From Mizuhopecten yessoensis (taxonomy: Eukaryota): a DNA stretch of 64,000 nt. Where the stretch lies: positions 2,877 to 66,876 of the forward strand of contig NW_018407478.1 in NCBI RefSeq assembly GCF_002113885.1, in the 5' to 3' direction. Within the stretch, counting starts at the first letter, position 1. Every line of letters begins with the position of its first letter. Under the pieces are notes generated by a model. That model saw only the letters and a program-made list of their open reading frames with translations, ran no database searches and was not told the origin of the DNA. The position numbers and the translations under genes are program-made. Positions 52,925-64,000 of the stretch are shown piece after piece.

Positions 52925-53120
52925 TATTAGTGTACTGGGGGACAATAGGTTTGCACTTCGTCGGTCCTTCCTTCTGTCCTTCTGTCCTTCCGTCCGAGAT
53001 GTTTGTCCGGGAAATATCTTCTATACTATTTTAACTGGAGTAACCAGATTTGGTGTACAGGGACATATTGAGATAGCAAAGTGTCACTGTAACCCTCACT
53101 GTGACATATGCTTTCCCCTA
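52925..53120 (+). mobile_element. HINE-like fragment
   Basis: GGGGGACAATAGGTTT followed by a (GTCC/CTTC)n microsatellite, the typical 5' module of these elements. Confidence 0.4.
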
Positions 53121-54258
53121 TAATCAGAGACAGAAGACGTTCATACAAAATAGTACCTAGAGACATGGTAGTGTAGGGATTCGAAAAGTAAAAAAATCTG
53201 AGTGAAACATTTTAAGGAGGATTGCTTGGGTCTGAAAAAAATACATCTTCTAAATTTTTTTGAAAGCTACATTTAATAATTTCTTTTCTGGACGTTTGAG
53301 TATCACAATACGACTGTTACACTTATATTACCGTAATAAAATTATACTCAGAAGTTTGAATTAGGGTGTGGTTGAGCACCTAGCAGAGGCAGCACTAGAC
53401 AAGGTTATTTATACGGATTCTTGTGCAATTTTGAATTCAATACAAACGAGCCAGTTCCGTATCTTTATCATTGACTGGTACTCGGAACCATTGAAACACA
53501 GAAACGTGATCAGATTGTATACATTATGCATTTTATTAAGTCAAAGACACAATTACACACGTTTAAGATACATTGTTTGTACACCTGCGACACCAGTACT
53601 AAAGTCGTTTTTTTTCAAACCATAACATATTGTAAACGGACACTACACGGTGGCGTCCAGTTGCCACACTTTCACATAGTCCATTTTCATGGCAGCGTCT
53701 TCCCCACTACGCTGATAAGGGTTCCATGTAGGGTACCAACTATTTTTGGCGTTGATGCTTGTGAGGACGAATCACTCCACGGTTTGGGATGAGGTGAGTT
53801 GATATCAGCGTCCGTGAAGAAACCGGTTACTCCTCCTAACGCTACATTCATGATCAGGTGGAACTAGGATAACAAGAACCAGATACTGTAGTATCACATT
53901 TAAACTGTATGTTATTTGTTTGACGTAACAGCTCATTTTATTTTTTTTATTTTTTTATTTTTTTTGTTAATATGTGCGGTACGTTTTATACAAAGCTTCA
54001 AAACAAATGTGAATTTTTTTTTTAATATAGCGTTTTCATTGTTTTGACATTGTTTTCACACCTCTTGTCTACAATCTACCTACCTTTTGGTCGAATGGCG
54101 CCATCTAGCTATCAGCACGCCATGGGTTCTCGACACCTGTCTGATCTAGATTGCCATATTTCCAGAAGCCTCCATTAGACGGAGGGGACACGTCTAACGT
54201 TTCTACGCCATCGAAGAAAAACCTAGGTATTTAGTCAATGAATAGAGTGATTCAGTAC

Positions 54259-54620
54259 AAATCTCAACTTCTAAATCAAATAATAAATACTGGTACAAAA
54301 TGTACTAATACAAATATTTGCTAGAGAAATCTCACTCTCTGAATCAAACAATAAATACTGATACTATTACAAATATTTGCTAGAGAAATCTCAATTTCTA
54401 AATCAAACAATAAATACTGATACTATTACAAATATTTGCTAGAGAAATCTCAATTTCTAAATCAAACAATAAATACTGATACTATTACAAATATTTTCTA
54501 GAGAAATCTCAATCTCTAAATCAAATAATAAATACTGATACTATAACAAATATTTGCTAGAGAAATCTCAATTTCGAAATAAAATAATAAATACTGGCAC
54601 TATTACAAATATTTACTAAA
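54259..54620. repeat. 59-bp tandem repeat, ~6 copies, filling most of a copy B intron
   Basis: AAATCTCAATTTCTAAATCAAACAATAAATACTGATACTATTACAAATATTTGCTAGAG. Confidence 0.9.
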
Positions 54621-57600
54621 TAAATGGTATCTTTATATTATTACCATGGCTCACTTACATGATATGATCCGCTGTCCACTCAATTCCGTACGTGTGAAAA
54701 TCATCTGCCAGTGTTCCACTGTTAATAGTTCTGAAATAAAGATTTCAGAGTTTTGCAACACAAATCTAGTTTATGATTAAACATGATTTAACTGTAATTA
54801 CCAGAAACATTTGTTTTTTCACCGACTTTGGCGTCTTTATCTCTGTCCAAATGATATTCAGAATCCCATTACCATTGAAACTTTTCCGGCATGACATAAG
54901 CTTCAATGAATCATTTGTGAAATAATGCCGTAACTTGCATAACTTTTATAAATACAATACAAGATAAAATATAAAAGTGTTCCGCCTAAACTGGGACAGC
55001 GTTTCTTAAATTACAATGTAATGACATGATCGTTTGGACCTTAGAAACAATAATCAGAAAGTATGTATTCGCACACGTGCAGCATGTAACATAAGCGTTG
55101 TCTATGTACTGTAGATGTAATATGACAACTTCTATTGTCCTCTGAAAGTGTTATCGTATGATTCGCTTAAATATCACATACATGAAATTGAAAAAAGACG
55201 GGAACATATTTTCACACAGCTATCAAGAAAGTCGCAAGAGTCCTGTAGATAAACAAGCAGTCACTTACTTTGAGACATGTGCCGTATACCAGCGGTTGTA
55301 GGCGTAACTGGGGCCGTAATGTAACGTACTGCCGAAGCTGTCCACGCCCTTGTGGGTACCGCCAGAGCTCTGGTAGTTACGATTACCTGTTAATGCAATG
55401 TTACATCACACTTTTAGTATAATAACTCAGGTTTTCTTTAAATTACTTCAGCTTTATATTAGAAACGGGGCCCTGTTGATACTTTTTTATGGACGCCTTA
55501 AGTAAATAGGATAGTGGACGTTTACGTAATTACGTAATATGATTACGTTATATAAAAAAGTGATCAAGCTAACTGGCTTTGTTCCTGTTTACGGTATAAA
55601 TAGATATTTAACTTATCAATTTTTAAATTTAAATTAGATGGTATAGCTGTGTGCGAAAAATGTTATGTTCCTCTCTTACGTTACATTTTTTTTACCTATG
55701 GTAGAATTTCTCAAGCTTAACAATGTATTGTGTTCCTGAACTAAACAACAATGATAGGGATGCAGTTTAATAATTAGATAGAACGCTAAGAAACGGAGTG
55801 GATATATTTCCAATAAAATAAAAATAAGAAATATTTTTATGTCTGCAACGCAATGAAAAATGACATATTATTTATGTCAAGCATTCTTTACGAGACAATC
55901 ACTTTTAATTCTGTTAAACGTAATCGGAGTACTAAAAACTGTTTTAATGCCGTTCGCGGTACACACAGCTCTGACTAAAGAAGTACTCAGAAATTTGATT
56001 TACAAAATGAGTCCTTATATCTGAAGAATAATTTCGCTAATGTATAATCTATTAGCAGCCTTAATGGGCTATATTAGGTGTGTACTTATACAGGTAAGCT
56101 TACAGCACATAATACAGTGTTCCTGGTCCAGCCAATACGCGATCAGTAAATTGTGATTAAAACTGTGGTTATTGACCTCCTTCATCAAACTAACCCCGAC
56201 TCTCCACAATATCAATTTCAACGGAGGCTGGCCATTGGCCATAAGCATATTGTGTCTGTAACATCCATATTGCTAGAATAAACAACAGAAATATGACGTT
56301 TGAAATGGTTAATTATTGATCAGATAATGTTAAAAAACGAAAAACGAAAATAACGAGATGTACGTAATGACCTAAACGTAACAGCTTATCCTAAAGGAAC
56401 ACAAATGTAAACAAGGATTATAGAGGTTCACGCAAGTAAGAACGGGAAACATTTTTCTTACACGCCGCTTGAGCAGTCGAAGCTGTTTTTTGGTCACATG
56501 TGCGTGCTACTGCTTACCGATAGCAGGACTTGTAACAAAGAACAAAATTAAATTGGGAATTACATGCTAATAATACAAGTCATTGTGCGTTTATGAAATA
56601 TCCGTTGTACAGAAATAATAATTCTTATCAACTCTTGCTATTCAATCAAACTAGAAATAAAGGGAGTATCTCTGTAACGAGAACGGTATGTATGTAAAAG
56701 AGTTTGGATACAAAATTTGAACTCGAATTATTGAAGATGATGCCATAGAAACGATTCATAAACGTGATAAATTCTTAAATGGGAATGCTACTTAGGAAAC
56801 TATCCTTAAGACATGGAATGCCTTTGAGCGAATATGTTACCATTATAATCAATATAGAATGTTAAAAATCCTTCGTATCTTTGGACAAAGTCTAAAATTA
56901 GAAAGTCCCAGCTTTCTTGCTCGAGAGTTTCCCCTTCCCAAGAAACTTCCTTAGTGATATTATATTTAAAATAATTATTATAACACACTTGTTTCTATTT
57001 CTCTTTTTTCTTGCCTTCATTTTGATGATTGGCGTCATAATTATAAACACAATTGAATACATGGAAAAAAATATTGTCTTATTCATTTCCCTCCTGTCCT
57101 TAAATATACAGACTGTATTTTTTCGTCAACTATGCATCAACGATTATTTTTTCTTAGATTTATGTTTTCTTGTATTTACTAGCCAGGCCATATCCAATCC
57201 CCGGCGGGCATGGTGGCCCTGACCTCGACCTTTCCGTACTTGAAGTTGAAGCCTCTTGAGCTGCGGAGTCCAGCTGATTGTATTGGGTTGATGATATTGT
57301 TCGAGGACCCAGTGCGACTACATCCGTACCAGGCGTTATTGGTACAGGAACCTTGAAAAAGTAATTATATAAATAATTTCTTTCAATTAAATATAACAAT
57401 CATATATCAATGTATATCTAGAAAGAATAGAGAGCTACAATAATTTGTGGTTTATTACTGACAAATCTTTTCTATTATGGGTAACTCGAATTATCTTTTT
57501 AAAATTGACTAACTATATATATACAGCTGTCATCTGGATTATTCCGTTTACTGTAAACATTTTTTTGTCGAAAACTCTTGGTTGATTTCATTGATAATTC

Positions 57601-60499
57601 TAGTTCTCAAGCAAAACACACAGTAAAAACTGACGTGTTAATATAGAACAAGACAATACTGAATGTTAAGAAAGTCATATTTTAAACTAGAAATTGATAA
57701 AACAAAATATGAACGAAGGAAGGATTTACATTGATGCACTTGGCAAAGTACGAGGAGTCTTAAGACCAAGTGTTGCGGAAGGGTAGGCGTCTGATCTTAT
57801 AGCAGAGCATATAACAAAAGGGGATGCCTTTATAAGTGAAAGTATTCTAATGAATAATGTAATCATAACTCATACATGTTAATCATAACCTGCAAATTAA
57901 TGTTAATACAAAATTAATATTTGAAAGATGATACTGAAGTTTCTTAGTCAAGGGAGATAATGGGTACTGAGCGCACACATGGCATGTTCTAGTTATATGT
58001 CACACAGTTCTAAACAATGGTAATGTACAACCATATGCACGATGACTTGATCCTCTTCACTATTTTTAATTTCATCCTGTCACATTCTCGGCATTGATAT
58101 GAATACATAAGTGTTCATCATCTTAAAGTATTTTCAACATTTTCTCTATGTTGCTTTACGTAAACCACATTATTATGTAGATGTGTATATAGTTAATTAA
58201 GTGACATAAGACACTGTACCGTGTAGCATTCTACAATATTGTATATTATTGAATAACTTACCCCAAAGATCCAGTGTTCCTGACTTGAGGAACTGTTCTC
58301 CAAACCGATCTGAAACGAAATTAATTTTTCATCAATAGAGATTTATATATCATAATTATATTATAATTAATGCATATCGTGGCAGATTAAATTAATAGTA
58401 AGACTATATCTAGGAGAGACTTATGGTTCATGAGTTGTCTCCCCTAGACATTCTTCGACTTTCTAAAGGATTTCACCTACCGGTTTGATGTAGAGCACTC
58501 CATTATTGACATAGCTGTTGGATCTATTGTTTATGTAGTATTGAAACTCCCAATGCTAGTGTGGAGGAAAAAACAAATAGTAATAGTGCAAATAGTATAC
58601 AGATAACAGTTGGATATACTAGATCAAGCCATACTTTGACTTATGTTCAGGTCACAGATAACAATATATACATTTTCATCAATTACGTTAATAACCATAA
58701 GCGAATACTTAAAAAATGATTAATATAAATTGCAGTGTTTGCAAGGAAAATATTACATTCACCTAAAGTAGTAAACCTAATCGTTTTAAGGTTTAATCAG
58801 AGTCAAGAACAACCTACCCCGCCTCCTCCTGTAGTAATATCGTGTTCCCACACCTCGTGGTTGAAAAAGTCGAAATTATCCTCCAATACCAAACAAGGGC
58901 TCGTTTTTGTACAGGTCACACCTACGATACCGGCAACATAGGAACGAACCACATCAACAAAATGAACAATACTCATGAACAAATTGATCGGTATATCAAT
59001 TAAGGACGATGAATATAAATAAAGAAAAAGGACAATGTATACAGGTAATAAGGTTAACACCAACACATGAAACGGTAGTCATCACCACAGGGAGAAATAT
59101 CGATATACTGAACAGAAACACGGTAAACGGTAAACATCAACAAAGGAAACGATCAATACTCCCATATGGAATGAGTATAAGTAGTAACGAAGAACATTAG
59201 TAGTTACGATGAACATCATCACAAGAAACGATATCGACCCAACAAAAGAACCGATAGTTTAGTACATAATTAAACATGATCATTTATATGGTACAGGGAA
59301 AATAAATCTTTTTGTAAACGTACTTCCTGTTCCGGTCCCAGTGCCTGTCCCCGTTCCTGTTTCAGTCCCAGGACCTGTCCCGTTTCCTGTGCCTGTTCCA
59401 GTCCCAGTTTCTGTTCCTGTTCCTGCCCCAAGTTCAAATAATTTCATATACCAATTCATCATTCGATTCATGAGATATTCAGATCCCAAGATTACATAAT
59501 AAAGAATCTCACAAGTTCTTGCAAAACATTTGCACGGTACTGTCTCATGTACTGTGATGGAATTCACTGCTGGGTGGGTGGATTTCCGGATTTGTGAGAG
59601 GGTCTCGTAGTGTTCTCGAAGAGTTCCTGTAACTTGCATTACGGCAGTATATCAGTCCCCCCTCCAGTTGAGCGAGGGCCATGCAGCGGCTGAATCATCT
59701 ATACTGGTGGTCACCTTACACTGTCGCACATTGATCAAGTCCAGAATAGGGTGGCCACAACTCAGAAAGATATAAATCTACTCATTGACAGTCATCATCT
59801 GACTCATACAAATTTCAGTAAATCAAAAATTTGTATAAGGGTAACAGCTGAGTTAGTTTTCAAGCCAAATGTTATTTGTATGTTGAATTGTTTCAATGCT
59901 GTATCTGATGTATCACATGAATATATCATCTATATACCCAACGAATATAGATCAAACTGATACCTATACCTTCGTCGTGTCGTACTTATTGGCATAAACA
60001 CAGGAATAACAATATATTTGAGTGTAACATACAGGAATAGATTGAAAGTACATGCCTTCTACATCTGATTCCAGTCATAATTTCAAAAGGTGTATATAGA
60101 TCATTTTGACATATGTGATACCCACATGTACCTCGGTGAGCAAAGTAACCCTTGGCGAAATAGTAAAATATTCCTTAAAAGCATTTCGTTAACAATCAAA
60201 TAGTTGTTCAACACTACCCTGTATTGTACGTGTGTACGCTGTATTATATACATATAGTCTGTATTGTACGTGTGTACGCTGTATTGTATATATATAGTCT
60301 GTATTGTGCAGACATGTCTTTCCCTGGTTCAGAAATGTCCTCATGTAGTGTATAGGATATAGTGTATACGTGTAAAATATATACGAACTGTACATAGTAC
60401 AGAGTATTACATTGTTCAGACATTCCCTGTGTATTTTACATGTACAGCATCGAGTGTACAGGTGAACAATGTGCATGATTGGTTCTGAGCACTCCTGAC

Positions 60500-61000
60500 C
60501 CATTGTATAGTGTGTAGAGGATAAAACCAACCTTAACATGGACTTTACCTGGTGTAGTGTATAACCTTGTTCAGATGTACATAATACATTGTATATCATA
60601 AAGAAGGTAAAGCCGACCTATATATAGACGGTACAGTGTATAACCTTGTTCAGACATTGCCTTGTGTGATGCAATGCTATTCCATACATTGTGTTTGAGC
60701 TAGAGGGTAAAACCGACCTATATATAGACGTTACAGTGTATAACCTTGTTTCAGACATTGCCTTGTGTGATGTCAATGCTATTTCATACATTGTGTATGA
60801 GCTAGAGGGTTAAACCAACCTATATATAGACTTTACAGTGTATAACCTTGTCCAGACATTCCCTTGTGTGATGTCAATGCTATTTCCTACATTGTGTATG
60901 AGCTAGAGGGTAAAACCGACCTATATACAGACGGTACAGTGTATAACCTTGTTCAGACATTCCCTTGTGTGATGTCAATGTTATTTCATACATTGTGTTT
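60500..61000. repeat. ~101-bp tandem array (continues at 62558-62606 beyond the LINE)
   Basis: GAGCTAGAGGGT.AAACC.ACCTATA at 60697, 60799 and 60900; the next expected unit resumes at 62571. Confidence 0.85.
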
Positions 61001-62557
61001 CATTTCAGTAAATTTTATTGAAAAATCAAAAGGATTGGACAACAGGCTATGCCTATATAAGTCCTCTCCTAGCCAGAATTACAAACAAATATAAACTATA
61101 TATAGAAAGAAATAGAAAGAAATGGTACATGAAATAGTTACAGAAATAGTGATGCAAGGGGAGTAACTCCCATAGAAGTTTTAGTTAAATAAATATATAT
61201 ATGCCTCATTTATTTAGACCAAGGATCCCCCAGTGTTGGGCAGCAAGAGATCCATAAGCTACTAGGGATTCTGACCATACAAAGTCCTTAGCCATACACT
61301 GGCTTTGGTCATTCACCCCAGCAGACCTTGGATCCTCGCCANNNNNNNNNNNNNNNNNNNNNNNNNNNNNNNNNNNNNNNNNNNNNNNNNNNNNNNNNNN
61401 NNNNNNNNNNNNNNNNNNNNNNNNNNNNNNNNNNNNNNNNNNNNNNNNNNNNNNNNNNNNNNNNNNNNNNNNNNNNNNNNNNNNNNNNNNNNNNNNNNNN
61501 NNNNNNNNNNNNNNNNNNNNNNNNNNNNNNNNNNNNNNNNNNNNNNNNNNNNNNNNNNNNNNNNNNNGTTCAAATTACTGGCCTTATTTCGTAGTTGGCA
61601 TAAAATAATATTAATTTTTCTGCATCCTGAATATTTAAATATGAGGGTTACATCATTATGGGGTTTGTTAAGGTTTTTTAGGTGTTTTTTAAACTGAGAT
61701 AGGGATTGGGAGTTAGTAATAGTAGAGTCCAGCTGATTATATTTGTTGAGAGTGGCAGGAAAGTAACTGTTAAAATAATTATCTGTTCGACAGAGAGGCG
61801 GATTAAAAATTCTATTTCCCCTTAACTCATATAATGTACTTGTAATATCATTAATAAATGGATCTATAATATTTAATAAGTAAGGTGGGGAGTCATTATG
61901 CAGAATTCTATACATAAAAATTACTTTTTGTTTTTATCTTCTTTCAGCTAATGTTTCCCTTTCTAATTCTTCGTAAAGTTTCACATGAGATGTTCCTCGG
62001 CGTAATCCTGTAATTATCCTGGCTGCATCTAATTGGACTGATTCGAGAAGTGTTTTTTCCTGTTCTGTACAATTGTCCCATACTACACTTGCATATTCTA
62101 AGATTGGCCTAATATAAGAGGTATACATTATAATAAGAGATTTTTTATCAACAGAATGTTTTAGACTTCTAAGAATGTTTATTCTTTCATATGCCTTATC
62201 ATGGGTATTTTGTATGTGTTCAGTCCATTTACCATCTTCAGTGAAAGTAAGACCAAGATGAGTGTGAAATCTATTGTTAGTTAGTGGTTCATTCAAGAAA
62301 GAAATAGGTGGGTGATTTGGTTCTTTTTTCCTAGTAAAAATAACAGATTCAGTTTTTGCAGCATTAAATTTTAGTCCCACTTTTTTGCCCATGTACTTAT
62401 ATTCTGAAGATCATTTGTTAGACTTTCTGCTGCTTGTATTGGATTATTATCAATAATTATGTATAAGGAAGTATCATCAGCAAATAATTTAATATTATTA
62501 TTAACTTGGTCTGTTATATCATTAATGTACAGTAGGAATAAAAAAAAAGGCCCAAGA
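61001..62557 (-). mobile_element. 5'-truncated non-LTR retrotransposon (CR1/L2-group LINE), RT and ORF2 C-terminus, inserted in an intron of copy B
   Basis: GPFFLFLLYINDI...KLFADDTSLY RT motifs, YTSYIRPILEYASVVW, CRTDNYFNSYFPAT. The 3' end has AATAAA plus a TGAAA-type tail. Flanked by a 13-bp TSD ATACATTGTGTTT (60988-61000 and 62558-62570). Contains a frameshift and a stop, plus a 226-N assembly gap. Confidence 0.9.
61342..61567. other. Assembly gap (226 N)
   Basis: Run of N inside the LINE. Confidence 1.
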
Positions 62558-64000
62558 ATACATTGTGTTTGAGCTGGAGGGTAAAACAGACCTATACCAG
62601 ACTTACCTGGTATGATGTGGGAGAGGTTCAGTTTTTGTTTCCCTCTTCCATTCCTGACACCATATACCCAATAGTTCACCACATCCCCGGGATCCACGGT
62701 AATCATTGTATTCATGTACACAAAAACTCCGTCTGAAAAGTATAGATTGTTTAATAAGGGAAAATATAGTTGTCTTTTCTTAGTACAACATGCAATGTTG
62801 ATATAGATTTTACATTTACGTTGAAACATCAAACCATATTTTCTTAAATCAAAATGTTTCATGATTTGATACATGATTGATGTTCTCTTACTGAGAGCAA
62901 ACCAGTCAATATGGCGTCCATTGTATCAGCTATATGGTATTATATTTCTGTTTGGATACTTCTGTTTTAATATTAAAAACGTATCTTCGTTGTCTTATTG
63001 TCATCTTCTATTAGAAACTCCTAACAGCGTTTGGTGATAGCTTTCCATCCTCGATGCTCGATGGTTACGATCATTTACGCTTTCTGCATTCCTAGAATAT
63101 TATCATGGCACAATTTAAGGCTTTGTTTGCACCATTTCATGGATGATACATGTTGATTAGTGTGATCCAGTGATGTTTATCAAAAGAATCGCGCGGCAGA
63201 ATAGCGGAAAAAATGACCGGCTTTGAAGTCGGGTGTCGCTTCTCTGTAATCTTTAAAGGACATGTATCAGCCTAGCGGTTGGCCAGGTTTATTTGTTACC
63301 TATGACCAATCTTATAACTATCGTCGTGCCATCATTTTGCCATGACATATTCCAGGGATGAAGACAGCCTAAAGGAAGGTAAAACCTTGGAGTATCGAGG
63401 ATGGTAACTCCCATACTTGTCAGTGTTCTAATATCCACGTTAACATCTCCGACTTGTGTGTCGAGCACCGGTTTGTTGATGCTGAAGTGAAGAGCTAACT
63501 ATGAGAATCCTACATCTAAAAAAGAAATTGAGTATGTAAGTTATCTTTGTATTTAACTTAGTATACGTCATTGGTGTATTTCATTTTCAATCAATTGTAA
63601 GTGGATTTAGCGTTAAAAGAGTCTATGTATTTGAATTCATCTGTGTATTTCACTTTGCATTAGTTGTTTCTTATTTGACTTTATTTTGTGTTATCTGTGT
63701 ATTATGATTCACATACTTATTTTGTGTTTCTAATTCTCATCGTTATTTTATGTTTTTTATTTACATACTTATTTTGTATTTTGAATTTACATACTTATTT
63801 TGTGGGTTCTTTTATTTACATGCTTACATGTGCATTATATTTTACAAACCGTATCTGTCCTTTTTTCTTTACATAAGTTACATAATTATCTATGTGTTTT
63901 ACTTTTTATATAATCGATCAGTGTATTTTTATCTGGTAATTACCTTGAACTTCCACAAAATTAATTTTGTGATTACAATGTATGTTTCAAACAATAATTT

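Larger units (their letters stand above)
53643..62732 (-). pseudogene. CBM39-GH16 beta-1,3-glucanase paralog, copy B, disabled; exons 62607-62732, ~59324-59422 (GT-rich linker, 5' edge uncertain), 58818-58921, 58481-58555, 58262-58309, 57184-57351, 56195-56272, 55269-55386, 54659-54730, 54084-54222, 53643-53863; 5' exons not found in window
   Basis: Exon-by-exon homology with copy A (identical sizes 126/75/78/72/139). Lesions: in-frame TAG at 54105-54107 (Lys in A); 13-nt deficit at the start of exon 58262-58309 (48 vs 61 nt); 13-nt frameshift near 53757; GC donor at 57183; substitutions WMLP>WMLQ, ASGEID>ASVEID, SARL>SAGL, AKMP>ATMP. Confidence 0.85.

Noticed and set aside
61305-61697. ORFs spanning the X run
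   Set aside because: Artefacts of the N gap
62371-62874. Apparent CBM39-reverse transcriptase fusion ORF (167 aa)
   Set aside because: Chance read-through from the 126-nt exon across a canonical GTAAGT donor into a TSD-flanked truncated LINE

Overview
AT-rich, intron-containing eukaryotic DNA. The repeat types and gene families point to a bivalve mollusc (inference). Almost all ORF-track entries are non-coding artefacts. Manual splicing gives four genes. Two are tandem 4-exon fatty-acid-binding-protein (FABP/iLBP) genes on + (6384-13363, 135 aa; 21789-34741, 130 aa). Two are tandem CBM39-linker-GH16 beta-1,3-glucanase/glucan-binding genes on -, convergent with the FABPs. Copy A (36363-48275, 13 coding exons, 578 aa) is intact with the catalytic EIDIVE motif. 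Copy B (53643 to beyond 62732; its 5' exons were not found and probably lie past the window end) appears to be a pseudogene: a nonsense codon, two 13-bp frameshifting deletions, a GC donor and damaged conserved residues. Introns and spacers hold a 5'-truncated CR1/L2-type LINE with a 13-bp TSD, Tc1 and Penelope-like remnants, V-, CORE- and Meta-type SINEs, HINE-like elements, three copies of a 190-bp palindromic MITE, a 3.2-kb 42-bp satellite and a 1.15-kb 39-bp minisatellite. The most unusual signal is a recurring set of minisatellites seeded exactly at exon 3' ends, which duplicate splice donors or the stop codon; one also carries 7 perfect CRE palindromes. No prokaryotic-type system (CRISPR etc.) is present.
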